Shown piece by piece: positions 47,654 to 57,900 of a stretch of DNA of 64,000 nt. The position numbers and the translations under genes were made by a program. The stretch is from Minisyncoccia bacterium (GTDB lineage Bacteria > Patescibacteriota > Minisyncoccia > Phycocordibacterales > CSBR16-119). The first letter of the stretch is position 1; each line of letters starts with the position of its first letter. The notes beneath the pieces are model-generated. The model saw nothing but the letters and a program-made list of their open reading frames with translations. It was not told the DNA's origin and ran no database searches. Where the stretch lies: NCBI GenBank assembly GCA_047619465.1, contig JBLHJW010000001.1, positions 8,911-72,910 on the forward strand. Direction: 5' to 3'.

Positions 47654-49140
47654 TAATCCTTCCTGAGGAAAAGTGGTTCCTCTGGCATTTTTAATTCAAC
47701 AAGATGTTGCTGAATTTTCTCTGCGGTTTCTGGAAGGAACGGCTCAAGTAGAATAGCTACATACCACAGATTTAATAGTAGTTTTGCCAGGTCTTCTTTG
47801 GCCTCTTCTTCATTCACTTTAATTTTTTTGAAAGGTTGCTCCTTGGCTATGAACTCATCCATCTCCCCTATCTCTTTCCAAATGAAATCCAACGAAGAAT
47901 TATAATTATATGACTCCATGGAATCTCTATACTCTTTAAATCCATCTTCTACTTTAATCTCTTCTAGAGTTTCAGTTCTATCTGGGAAATCAAGAACAAC
48001 TCCGTAACTAGTTACCATTTTAAGTATGCGATTTACTAAGTTCCCAAGTCCGTTTGCTAGGTGGGCATTATAACTATTCTTAAATCGTTCATGAGTAAAA
48101 GGAGAGTCTTCAACTGAAGATATTTCTTTGAGTAAGAAGAATCGAAGTGCTTCTGTGCCATACTCATTAACAATATCCCGAGGGTCGACGACATTGCCTA
48201 GAGTTTTACTCATCTTTACGCCTCCAGCACCTGTAATATGGCCATTTACAATGATCTGGTGTGAATTTGGAAATCCTGCCGCCATAAGCATGGCCTGCCA
48301 AAGAGCTCCCTGCCATCTAGTGTTATCCTTACCACAGTACTGTGTAGGTGTACCCTCTATCCAAAATTTACCAAACATCTCTTGGTCGCCATTCCAGTCC
48401 TTTAGAGTATTAATATAATTTGTTAGAGCATCAAACCAGACATACATTACATGATCTGAGTCGCCAGGCACTTCTATACCCCAAGGCATTTTTGTCTTAA
48501 GTCTGGAAATAGAGATGTCTTGAAGACCCCTCTTCACAAACTCCTTCATTTCATTAAACCTAAAATCAGGAGTAATAAAATTAGGGTTTTTGGAATAAAA
48601 ATCTAAAAGCCTATCACCAAAAGCAGAGTACTTGAAAAAATAATTTTCTTCGTTTATGGACTCAAGGGATACGCCGTCATGGTAAGGACAGAACCCTTGT
48701 TCGTTTAATTCTGACTCTGTCTTATCACTCTCACAACCGACACAATATTTTGCTTCGTATTTATCTTTGTAAATATAACCATTATTGAAAACTAACTGCC
48801 AAAATTCTTGGGCAAGAGACTCATGAGTCTTGTCTGTTGTACGAATAAAATGAAGACCCTCTTCCTCACTCATTAAACCAAACATACCCAACTGTTCTTT
48901 AAAAATAGATAGGGATTCATCTACAAAAACCTGAGGATCTTTACCCATCTCCTTAGCTTTATTTAGTATCTTTATGCCGTGCTCATCAGTACCAGTATTA
49001 AAAAACACATCATACCCGGCAATCTTTTTTGATCGTGCCAAAACATCAGCACGGACAAATTCAAGAGCATGACCTATATGAAGAGGAGCATTCACGTATG
49101 GAAGAGTCGTTGTTATATAAAAATTTTTTTTCTCTGACAT
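47653..49140 (-). CDS. metG: methionyl-tRNA synthetase
   Basis: 495 aa. PYVNAPLHIGH (HIGH), CxxC…CxxC zinc knuckles and VKMSKTLGN (KMSKS). Confidence 0.9.
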   Translation of the reverse strand: MSEKKNFYITTTLPYVNAPLHIGHALEFVRADVLARSKKIAGYDVFFNTGTDEHGIKILNKAKEMGKDPQVFVDESLSIFKEQLGMFGLMSEEEGLHFIRTTDKTHESLAQEFWQLVFNNGYIYKDKYEAKYCVGCESDKTESELNEQGFCPYHDGVSLESINEENYFFKYSAFGDRLLDFYSKNPNFITPDFRFNEMKEFVKRGLQDISISRLKTKMPWGIEVPGDSDHVMYVWFDALTNYINTLKDWNGDQEMFGKFWIEGTPTQYCGKDNTRWQGALWQAMLMAAGFPNSHQIIVNGHITGAGGVKMSKTLGNVVDPRDIVNEYGTEALRFFLLKEISSVEDSPFTHERFKNSYNAHLANGLGNLVNRILKMVTSYGVVLDFPDRTETLEEIKVEDGFKEYRDSMESYNYNSSLDFIWKEIGEMDEFIAKEQPFKKIKVNEEEAKEDLAKLLLNLWYVAILLEPFLPETAEKIQQHLVELKMPEEPLFLRKD

Positions 49141-49152
49141 ACAACAGTTTTA

Positions 49153-50280
49153 CTACGATGAGGCTTTCTTTGCAAGCTTGATAGCCTCTTTAGTTGTTTT
49201 AGCTACAACTTTATCTTTCTCTACATCACTTGCAAACTCCATCAAAACTACAGCCACTGGAATAGCCAAGATAAGACCCCAGAACCCTGCAAGCTGAACA
49301 CCTATAAGAACGGCTAGGATAACAACTAACGGAGATATCCCTGTTACCTTTTGAACAACCAGTGGTGCAATAAGGTAGTTTTCAAATTGTTGAACAATCA
49401 AGTAAAAACCAGCCACAAGGAATCCCATGGTTAAACCTCCGTCCAGATAACCGAAAGATATCGCTGGAATAGCGGCCAGAATAATACCAAAAGGGATCAG
49501 CTCCATGATACCTGCCACAAGCGCTAGCATCAGTGCGTATTTAACCCCTAGAATAGATAGACCTAAATATGTCAGAACTCCAATCAGAAGCCCAAGCACC
49601 AGCTGCCCTTGCATCCAGAGCGCTATTTTTTTCTGGGAACGATTCCATAGATCTATAGCGTAGTTCTCATGAGAAAGCGGAACAACTATTCGCAAGAAGT
49701 GAGCTATCCCTCCTTTTTCAATAGATAGATAAAAGGAAATAACAACGATTAGAATTAAGTTTGCAAGACCTCCAAAGATACCAGAAATTGCAGAGAAGAA
49801 ATTGGTTGAGACATTTTGAACAACACCTGAAGAGCTGCTAACCAATCCCCCAAGGTTACCGCTGCTTAAATTTGTAACACCCTGAGCAGCAGACAAAATA
49901 CTGTCTTTAAACCCATTCATAGTATCTGAGTCAGGGAGATATTCAGCAAGAATATTCACTACGTTTGCAGATTCAACAATAAGTATCGGAACAAACAAAT
50001 AAAATACTCCAGCAAGAACACCTATAGATAGGGCGTAGATAATAACAACAGAAAGTGTTCTACCGAGTTTGTATTTCTCTGATGCCGTAGCAGCTGAACC
50101 CACAAAAGAAGCTATAACAATAGAAGTCATAACAACCAAGACCAAATCTTTTAAAGCAAATACCGCCGCTACAACAGCAACCCAGATCAGAATTTTTAAG
50201 ATCGCAGATGTTGTAATATTTATTGAAATTGTGGAATTTTTTTTTGTTGCCATAATATATAGAGAAAGTTGTTTATACAA
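49153..50280 (-). CDS. AI-2E family transporter (PerM/UPF0118)
   Basis: 375 aa with ~8 TM helices in the family-typical arrangement. Confidence 0.65.
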   Translation of the reverse strand: MYKQLSLYIMATKKNSTISINITTSAILKILIWVAVVAAVFALKDLVLVVMTSIVIASFVGSAATASEKYKLGRTLSVVIIYALSIGVLAGVFYLFVPILIVESANVVNILAEYLPDSDTMNGFKDSILSAAQGVTNLSSGNLGGLVSSSSGVVQNVSTNFFSAISGIFGGLANLILIVVISFYLSIEKGGIAHFLRIVVPLSHENYAIDLWNRSQKKIALWMQGQLVLGLLIGVLTYLGLSILGVKYALMLALVAGIMELIPFGIILAAIPAISFGYLDGGLTMGFLVAGFYLIVQQFENYLIAPLVVQKVTGISPLVVILAVLIGVQLAGFWGLILAIPVAVVLMEFASDVEKDKVVAKTTKEAIKLAKKASS

Positions 50281-50301
50281 AATATTGTAGCATGGTTTTA
50301 A

Positions 50302-50334
50302 ATAAAAAATTCCACGAGAGTGGAATTTTTTATT
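50302..50334. terminator. intrinsic terminator downstream of glyQS
   Basis: AATTCCAC-GAGA-GTGGAATT flanked by A-runs and T-runs. Confidence 0.55.
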
Positions 50335-51725
50335 TATCTTTCCAATTTTTCTTTTAAATACCCTACAAGATCTTCTTCTTTTACTCGCTCCTGCTCTCCA
50401 GTATTTCGGTCTCGAATGGTTACCCCTTCTCCTTCGAGGGTGTCGTAATCTATAACGATTCCAAACGGTGTTCCTATTTCATCTTGTCGTCGATATCTTT
50501 TACCAACGTTTCCATTGTCATCCCAGACCACTCGTCCGAACTCAGATTTCAACTTTCCAAAAATACTCCGGGCTTTGTCTACAATTTCTGGCTTATTTTT
50601 CACAAGAGGCGAAACAGCGCAGAGTATTGGAGCAATAGAGGGTTTGAATTTCAAATAAACACGAGATGTCCCGTCTTCCATTTCTTCCTCTTCATAAGCA
50701 GATAATAACAACGCAAGAATTGTCCGATCCAACCCAAACGATGGCTCTATCACATGAGGGACAAAAGTCTCTCCTGTAGATGAGTCAGTGTATTGAAGTT
50801 TCTGTTTTGAGTGCTCTGCATGTTTTGTCAAATCAAAGTCTGTCCGGTAGGCCAACCCACAAAGCTCGCTTCGTCCAAAAGGAAAATCAAATTCCCAGTC
50901 CATTGTTCTTTTTGAATAGTGACTTCTAGCTTCTTTTGGGTGTTCATACTCATGCATTTTTGAGTCATCTAGGCCGATTTCTGTGAACCACTCCCTCTGC
51001 TCTTCCAGCCAGTATGTAAATTGTTTTTCCCAGTCTTCTTCTTTTATAAAATATTCAATCTCCATTTGCTCTAGCTCCCGAACCCTGAAAATAAAGTCTT
51101 TCGGAGTAATTTCATTTCGAAAAGCTTTTCCTATCTGCCCAATACCGAAAGGAATTTTTGGATTCATGGTATCGAGTACATTTTTGTAGTTTACAAAAAT
51201 ACCCTGAGCTGTTTCAGGTCGCAAGTAACTTACACTAGAGCTATCTTCTGATGCACCAAGGCTTGTTTTGAGCATCATATTGAACTGCTTAACATCTCCT
51301 AAGTCATTTCCATTTGGAGATTTCAATCCAAGCTCTTTTATTTTGTCTGTCATTTGTTGAGCGGTCATTCCTTCTGCTTCAGGTAGACCAGCTTCTTCTA
51401 GCAAATGGTCAGCGCGGTACCGCTTATTTGTTTTGGTGTCTTCTACCAGCATGTCATGGAACTCATCAACATGACCAGTTGCCTCCCAGACCTTCTGATT
51501 CATAAGAATTGCTGCATCTACTCCATACATATCTTCTCGGCTTTCTATAAATTTTTTCCACCAAGAGTCCTTAATGTGCTTCTTCAACTGTACACCAAGC
51601 GGACCAAAGTCATATGTTCCAGCAAGTCCACCATATATTTCAGACCCAGGGAAAATAAACCCTCTCCTTTTTGCCAGGCTGACTATTTTATGCATTAAAT
51701 CAATATTTTGGTCTTTTTTATCCAT
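50334..51725 (-). CDS. glyQS: glycyl-tRNA synthetase (class II, alpha2 dimeric type)
   Basis: 463 aa. N-terminal …RRGFIFPGSEIYGGLAGTYDFGPLGVQLK…, class II motifs and a C-terminal anticodon-binding domain. Confidence 0.85.
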   Translation of the reverse strand: MDKKDQNIDLMHKIVSLAKRRGFIFPGSEIYGGLAGTYDFGPLGVQLKKHIKDSWWKKFIESREDMYGVDAAILMNQKVWEATGHVDEFHDMLVEDTKTNKRYRADHLLEEAGLPEAEGMTAQQMTDKIKELGLKSPNGNDLGDVKQFNMMLKTSLGASEDSSSVSYLRPETAQGIFVNYKNVLDTMNPKIPFGIGQIGKAFRNEITPKDFIFRVRELEQMEIEYFIKEEDWEKQFTYWLEEQREWFTEIGLDDSKMHEYEHPKEARSHYSKRTMDWEFDFPFGRSELCGLAYRTDFDLTKHAEHSKQKLQYTDSSTGETFVPHVIEPSFGLDRTILALLLSAYEEEEMEDGTSRVYLKFKPSIAPILCAVSPLVKNKPEIVDKARSIFGKLKSEFGRVVWDDNGNVGKRYRRQDEIGTPFGIVIDYDTLEGEGVTIRDRNTGEQERVKEEDLVGYLKEKLER

Positions 51726-51758
51726 AATCTCTATATTACTTTAGATAGAACAGACTGT

Positions 51759-53633
51759 CTATTCTGGTGCAACTCTTCCTTCAGAAGTAAGGTATCCTTG
51801 ATCATTTGTTATTCGAATAGAAACAGGCCCGACAACACTCTCTAGCGAGGTTCCTGTAAATAGATCTCTAGCTAATATTTGAGTGTCACTGGTTAGGAGT
51901 GGACCGCTTCCAATCTGTGAAATAGACGGTGTAAGACCAACCAAGAAAGAAACTTCTTTTCCTAGTCGTGTTAGGCCAGCTCCGCGATTTATAGTTCCAA
52001 TGTTCCAAGTAACCTCTCTTGTCGCAGGGTCATATGAAACAGATTCTGTAACAGGGGAAACCTGATTTTTGTACTCGACATAGTTAGGTAGAGTTGTTTT
52101 TGCTTTTGCCCCAGAAGCAGCATTTGCAGAGTTTGTAACAGACCATATGATTGTGTACTCTGTTTCCTGACCAACAACAGGTGGTACTGTTCCTCTGTTA
52201 TTAAATGGACCAGATCTAAAGAAACCATCAGCCGTAATAAACAGGTCTGAATTTATTTGTATTGTTTTTTGAATTGAATTTTTTATAGTCTCCAAAGACC
52301 TTCCTTCTGTTGGTTTTTTACCGCTTATAGATACAGACAACTTAATTTCTTCGTCTTCAGCTAAATCACCACCTTGATACAAAGGCAGAGATGAAAAACT
52401 GAAGTTTATGTTACTCCTAGATCCAGGCTGAACAGAGGCGAAAGATCCATAGTTTGTTTTATCCCATCGTATGGTTTTAGTGTTTGAATCATAGAAACCT
52501 CCCGAAACTTCAATACTTGATTCATTTAATATTTCTCCCTCAAGTGAAATTTCAAGAACAACATCATCTATTCTAGTTGGAAGGTTATTTGACCATTTAA
52601 TCACGACAGGAATTGTCTCTCCAGATTTTACAGAAACAGTTTCATCATCTACCCCAGCAATCAAGATTTGAGTACCTATGAAAGGACGACTTATGGTTGC
52701 GGTGTGAATATAAGAACTATAAACCTGAGAAAGGTCTGAACTAGAGAAATTGGTGTATGGTCCAACAAAGAATCTAAAAGCTCTCTGCTCACCTTCCTCT
52801 CCAAAGAGAACTCCTGAGAAAGTTATTTCTTTTTCAACACCGGACCCTAGGTCTCCCAAATGCCACACACTATCACCAAAAACTGGATCTATATCTGACT
52901 CTTCAAATCTAAACCCTGTTGGGTAGTCTATTTTTATTCCAACATCCTTATTTACAACACTGTTGTTTGCTCTAATTTTTACTGTAAAAGTTGTCTTTTG
53001 CCCTGAAATAACACCATTGTGAGCATCTATAGTTAAGTCGATTGGAGCAGAGTTAAGCGTTACAAAATGTGAAAAATCTTTAAAGAAAATTGCATTTGAT
53101 CCTTTTATTCGATACTCAATGGTTGTCTGTATTTCCTGCAATGAACCCTGCTGACCAAAAAGAACAACGTCCCGAGCTTCTACAACTGTCTCGCCTGCTT
53201 TAATGGTACCCAAGGAAACTCTTTCTCTAACCGCATCTCCTGCTCCGTCTGGATAATTAACAAGAAGATCGCTGTACTCTAGAGGAACAGAATTTCTGTT
53301 TGTTATTTGAATTTGAAGAGGTAACTCCTCTCCTCCAGCTGTAAAAGTGTTACCTAAAACCTGTATATCAATATTTTTTGTAGAAACTTTTCCATTCCCG
53401 CTTAGAAGCTGAAAAACCAGGAAAAGAATAGAAAAGCTAAAAAAAACAATAGATAAAACAAATATGGTTTTTACGATTGATCTTTTCTTTTTTGGAACAT
53501 ACTTCTTTACAGAAGAAGAACCCCAATCACGATTGGATTCTTTGTCATTTTTTTTCTGAACACCCCGTCTTTTACGACTTGATATTTTGGCTTTACCATA
53601 GAGTAAGTCCTCTTTTTTGTCTAAATTTCTCAT
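51759..53633 (-). CDS. hypothetical membrane-anchored protein with a large beta-rich extracytoplasmic domain
   Basis: 624 aa. Basic cytoplasmic N-terminus, one TM helix (IFVLSIVFFSFSILFLVFQLL), then repetitive beta-strand domains. Confidence 0.4.
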   Translation of the reverse strand: MRNLDKKEDLLYGKAKISSRKRRGVQKKNDKESNRDWGSSSVKKYVPKKKRSIVKTIFVLSIVFFSFSILFLVFQLLSGNGKVSTKNIDIQVLGNTFTAGGEELPLQIQITNRNSVPLEYSDLLVNYPDGAGDAVRERVSLGTIKAGETVVEARDVVLFGQQGSLQEIQTTIEYRIKGSNAIFFKDFSHFVTLNSAPIDLTIDAHNGVISGQKTTFTVKIRANNSVVNKDVGIKIDYPTGFRFEESDIDPVFGDSVWHLGDLGSGVEKEITFSGVLFGEEGEQRAFRFFVGPYTNFSSSDLSQVYSSYIHTATISRPFIGTQILIAGVDDETVSVKSGETIPVVIKWSNNLPTRIDDVVLEISLEGEILNESSIEVSGGFYDSNTKTIRWDKTNYGSFASVQPGSRSNINFSFSSLPLYQGGDLAEDEEIKLSVSISGKKPTEGRSLETIKNSIQKTIQINSDLFITADGFFRSGPFNNRGTVPPVVGQETEYTIIWSVTNSANAASGAKAKTTLPNYVEYKNQVSPVTESVSYDPATREVTWNIGTINRGAGLTRLGKEVSFLVGLTPSISQIGSGPLLTSDTQILARDLFTGTSLESVVGPVSIRITNDQGYLTSEGRVAPE

Positions 53634-53655
53634 ATATAGCTATCAGTATAACACC

Positions 53656-54234
53656 TTAGAGATGGCTTTCGTGTAAGGCTCTGTTTATTTCTAGAATAAC
53701 CTCTTTTTTGTTTTTCAATACAAAGTCAGCATTGACATCCTCTCCCATATCAACGATTTTTTTTGAAGCTGTATCATCACCAATATATCCTAGATGGTCG
53801 AGAATATGAACGCCTACGACAAGCTCAAAAACTCCAGGCTTATCTCCTTTTGTAAATAAATCATGAAAGAAAAAGGACACTATGTCATCAAATAGCTTTT
53901 CGTTTGGTTCTTCCCCAACATAAAGCCTTCGGAGTAAACTAGCTATTCGTGCCAAAACTTCGTTTTGCCTTAGACTTAAACTTCCATAGTCTCCCGACTC
54001 GTAGACATCTCCATTTGTAAGCTTCCATCCAGCCTTGCCATGAACCATACTGAATAGTCCAACATTGTAGTCTTGGACATGTCCACGGAGCTTGGACTGA
54101 AGTTTTCTTATTCCTGTTGCTTTTGCAAATACTACACCCAAGTCTCTGGTGAATATTTGAAGAAGCCTATCTGCCTCCCCTGACTTATAGGAAGTCAGTA
54201 TAAATCCAGGTGTTGTGTAGATTGGATATGCCAT
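53656..54234 (-). CDS. recO: DNA repair protein RecO (short form, no Zn-finger)
   Basis: The N-terminal OB domain aligns with RecO (GFILTSYKSGEADRLLQIFTRDLGVVFAKATGIRKLQSKL vs E. coli [40 protein letters not shown]). The later …ELVVGVHILDHLGY… matches ELALLGHLGYG. Confidence 0.55.
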   Translation of the reverse strand: MAYPIYTTPGFILTSYKSGEADRLLQIFTRDLGVVFAKATGIRKLQSKLRGHVQDYNVGLFSMVHGKAGWKLTNGDVYESGDYGSLSLRQNEVLARIASLLRRLYVGEEPNEKLFDDIVSFFFHDLFTKGDKPGVFELVVGVHILDHLGYIGDDTASKKIVDMGEDVNADFVLKNKKEVILEINRALHESHL

Positions 54235-54236
54235 TT

Positions 54237-54980
54237 TTATAATTCAAATTCTAAATAAAGGGCTGCATGATCTGAGACCTCATCTGGCAACACTTTAAAA
54301 TCTTTTACTTCTACGCCTTTGGTAAAAATGTAATCAGCAAAACGTATCTCCTTTTCATAATACGAAGTACGCGTATCCTTTATCCCATATTCTTCCACAA
54401 GATCTATCATTCCTTCTTTAATAAGAGAGAGACTTTCTGTTTCAGGCTTTAAATTAAAATCTCCAACCAAAACTTTAGGCATGTCAAATCTACCTAAAAA
54501 ATTTCTAATTTTATTTGATTGATTAATCCTATCCTCAGAATCATCTTTTCCTTTTCCATTCCATAAACCATGAACATTCACTACGATAAATTTTTCTCCA
54601 TCTTTATTCAAGATCGCATATTGTAAATTTCTTGGATGATGGCCTCCGTCACCATCTTTATATGAACCCCTTTCTCTATGAATAAAAATATCTCCTTCTT
54701 CTTCAACTATGAAATCTTTTTTAACCCAAAGAGCAATGCCGTACCAGTCCTCAATACAAGGCCTAAAGAAGCCCTTGTGGTTATTTAAGATGTTATCTAT
54801 ATCGTTAAATAACTCTAATGAACAGTTTTCTTTTCCGTCTTCAGCTTGGGTTTTGTCCGAAGCATTAGAATGAACCTCTTGAAAGCAGAAAATATCTATT
54901 TCTTCTGACCTGTCATCAAAAAACCTAAAGAGTGGGTCCCTAACTCTCCCTCCCCAGACATTTAAAGTGATTAATTTCAT
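54237..54980 (-). CDS. endonuclease/exonuclease/phosphatase (EEP) family protein
   Basis: 247 aa. MKLITLNVWGG…FCFQEV…; catalytic D/N/H residues are at EEP-typical positions. Confidence 0.6.
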   Translation of the reverse strand: MKLITLNVWGGRVRDPLFRFFDDRSEEIDIFCFQEVHSNASDKTQAEDGKENCSLELFNDIDNILNNHKGFFRPCIEDWYGIALWVKKDFIVEEEGDIFIHRERGSYKDGDGGHHPRNLQYAILNKDGEKFIVVNVHGLWNGKGKDDSEDRINQSNKIRNFLGRFDMPKVLVGDFNLKPETESLSLIKEGMIDLVEEYGIKDTRTSYYEKEIRFADYIFTKGVEVKDFKVLPDEVSDHAALYLEFEL

Positions 54981-54982
54981 TA

Positions 54983-57900
54983 TTATATTTTATCAATTTT
55001 AATCTCTCCACCAAAGTCCACCTCTACGACACCTGCTGTGTTTTGGAATTCATTTGAAAAACTCTCATAAATGTCTTTATTATTTTCTGGGAGGGTGAGT
55101 CTTATTCTATCTTCTGGATTTAAGCCGGCTTCTTTTCTCATCTTCTGAACCTCTCGAAGAAGATCTCTGGCCTTCCCTTCTATTTCTAGTTCTGGAGTCA
55201 GCACAGTATCGATAGCCAGATCGGGACCGATCACAACTTCTTTTACATTTAGTTCGTCAGCAATCAACTCCAGGTATTCGCCATCTAGCATTTCTGTGAT
55301 TGTTAAAGACGCCAAAGGCTGTCGTACATTTATATTTGCTTTGGAACGAAGCTCAAGTGCCTCTGAAATAACAGCTCGAGTTTTTTGCATTGACGCAAGA
55401 GTCTTGGCTTCTTTTTTCTTTCCAAACATCTTTTGGAAAAATCCTCCTGTCGTTTTTATCTCTGCCCAGTTTTCTAGGTGAACTGACTCCAGCTTTCCTC
55501 CAACACGTCCATACATGTCTTCTGCGAAGAACGGAGTAAAAGGTGCCATCAGAATAGATAGTCTCTCAAGGACAGACCTTGTTGTAGCTAGGGCGAACTT
55601 TCGATCTGCTTCGTCTTGTCCTTTGAACCTATCTCTACTTCTTCGAATATACCACTGTGACAAATCACCGATAAGCTCGCGAATAGCTCGAGTTGGTTCA
55701 AGTAGCTGGTAAGCGTCAAGTTTTTTTGTTACAAGCTCTTCTAACTCGTCTGTCTTTTCTAGGATCCATCGATCTAGAACATTCGGTGAGGTCTTTGGAT
55801 CTACTGACAAATCTACTGAGCCAGAGTACATTTCATAGAACTTCACCACGTTATCCAAAAGGCCAAACACCTTTCTCTGTGTTTCTGTGATTGTCTTCTC
55901 GTCGAAGTTCTTCGACTCTCCTGGTCCATTTACTGAGTACATCCAGAAACGAAGTGAATCTACTCCGAACTTCGTAACGGCATCCCAGGGGTTTACCGTG
56001 TTCCCTTTTGATTTAGACATCTTTTGTCCTTTCTCGTCATTTACGAGACCTAGACTAATTACGTTTTTATAGACCTTTCCCTTACCTACAAGGTTTCCTA
56101 TTGCATGTAGTGTATAGAACCAACCACGTGTTTGATCCATTCCCTCCGAGATGAAGTCAGCCGGTACTCCTACTTTGTCCACATAATCTTTGTTTTCAAA
56201 TGGATAGTGCTCTTGAGCAAATGGCATAGATCCTGAATCAAACCATACATCCATCACTTCTTTTACTCTTTTGAAGTCTTTTCCATCTTTCTCTAAAACT
56301 ACTTCGTCGATAAACGGTTTGTGGAGATCTAGCTTGTGATTACTATCATGAGGTATTGGTACAAAGTCTAGCTCTCGAACCTCTGCATTATCATAAGCTT
56401 CAAAATCATCGTCAAAGCTACAATCACAAGAATCTGGAGTGTGCCCTGTCACACTCACATGAAGCAACCAAAGAGGAGTCCCATGAGAGACAAAAAGTAT
56501 ATTTTTGTCTCTGTACTTTTCTTCTAATTCATACAATACAGGAGCCACACGATTCATCACGTCTTGTGAAGATTCTCCTCCACCTATTTTCACGTGGAAT
56601 TGTTCTGACCCCTTTTCTCTTATAAAAGAGTGGTACTCTTCGTGATTTTTGCCTTCAAATTCTCCGACCCCTACCTCAACAAGTCTTTTGTCAAAAACAA
56701 GTTGGTCGTCAGAGAGTTTCAATCCTGCTTTCACAAGTTCGGCTGTCATTTTTGTTCTCATAAATGGCGAGGCGACTATTAGATCAATGTTTTTTGATTT
56801 CAGTTTTTCTACAGCTTGCCTTACCTGGGCTTCTCCCTTTTCGGTGACTGGATCTATGTTTTCTAAAACAGTACTTAGAACTTTTTTGACATTGCTCTCT
56901 GACTGACCATGACGCATGGCGAAGTATTTATTCCCAGATTTCTTTACGTTCTTTTTTATATCCTCTATAGAACCTGCAACCAACATCTCTCCGTCCTCTG
57001 CCTGCCAGATAGGAAGTGGTGTTCCCCAGTATCGCTCTCGAGAAATTGCCCAGTCTTTCAAGTCTTTTAGCCACTCACCAAAACGTCCATCTTTGATGTG
57101 TGATGGCTCCCAATTTATAGTTTGGTTCTCTGCAATCATCTTTGACTTCACTTCTTGCATGTTTATATACCAAGAGTCTCGTGCGTAGTAGATAAGAGGA
57201 GTCTTACATCGCCAACAGTGAGGGTAGCTGTGCTCGTACTTTTCCTTGCTAAAATATGTTTTGTTGTCTTGTAGATGCTTAATCACATCAATATCCATAG
57301 TCGGCTTACCATCAGTCATCTCTTTTACAGATCTACCTGAAAAGTCACCCATTCCATCCACAAAAGTTCCGTCTTCTTTTACAACATGCATCTTTGGAAG
57401 GCTAACCTTGTTTCCAAGTTCGAAGTCATCCTGTCCGTACATCACAGCGGTATGTACAATCCCTGTTCCGTCTGTAGTTGTCACGAAGTCAGCCGCATAT
57501 ACTTTGTATGCGTTTTCTATATTCTTAATTTCTTCTTTTTCTGCAAGGTCTTTGAAGTATGGGAATAATGGCTTGTATTCTTTGCCAACTAGTTCAGATC
57601 CCTTTATTTCTTCAGTAATTTCATAAATTTCTCCGTTGTAAAAATACCTCTTAGAATCACTTGTGGGATTAACTTTTTGATCTTCTTTAGCAAAGATGCT
57701 TTTAGCAAGAATAATAACACTTTCCGTATCTAGGTCTGATGGAGTTTTGTGTTCCTTATCATTAGGTATTGTAGATGTTGAAGCAACAGCTATTGTGGAT
57801 GTTGAAGCAACTTTTTTTGCCTTTACATAATCTATCTTTTCTCCAACAGCTAGAGCAACATTTCCAGGAAGAGTCCATGGGGTTGTAGTCCAGGCCAGGA

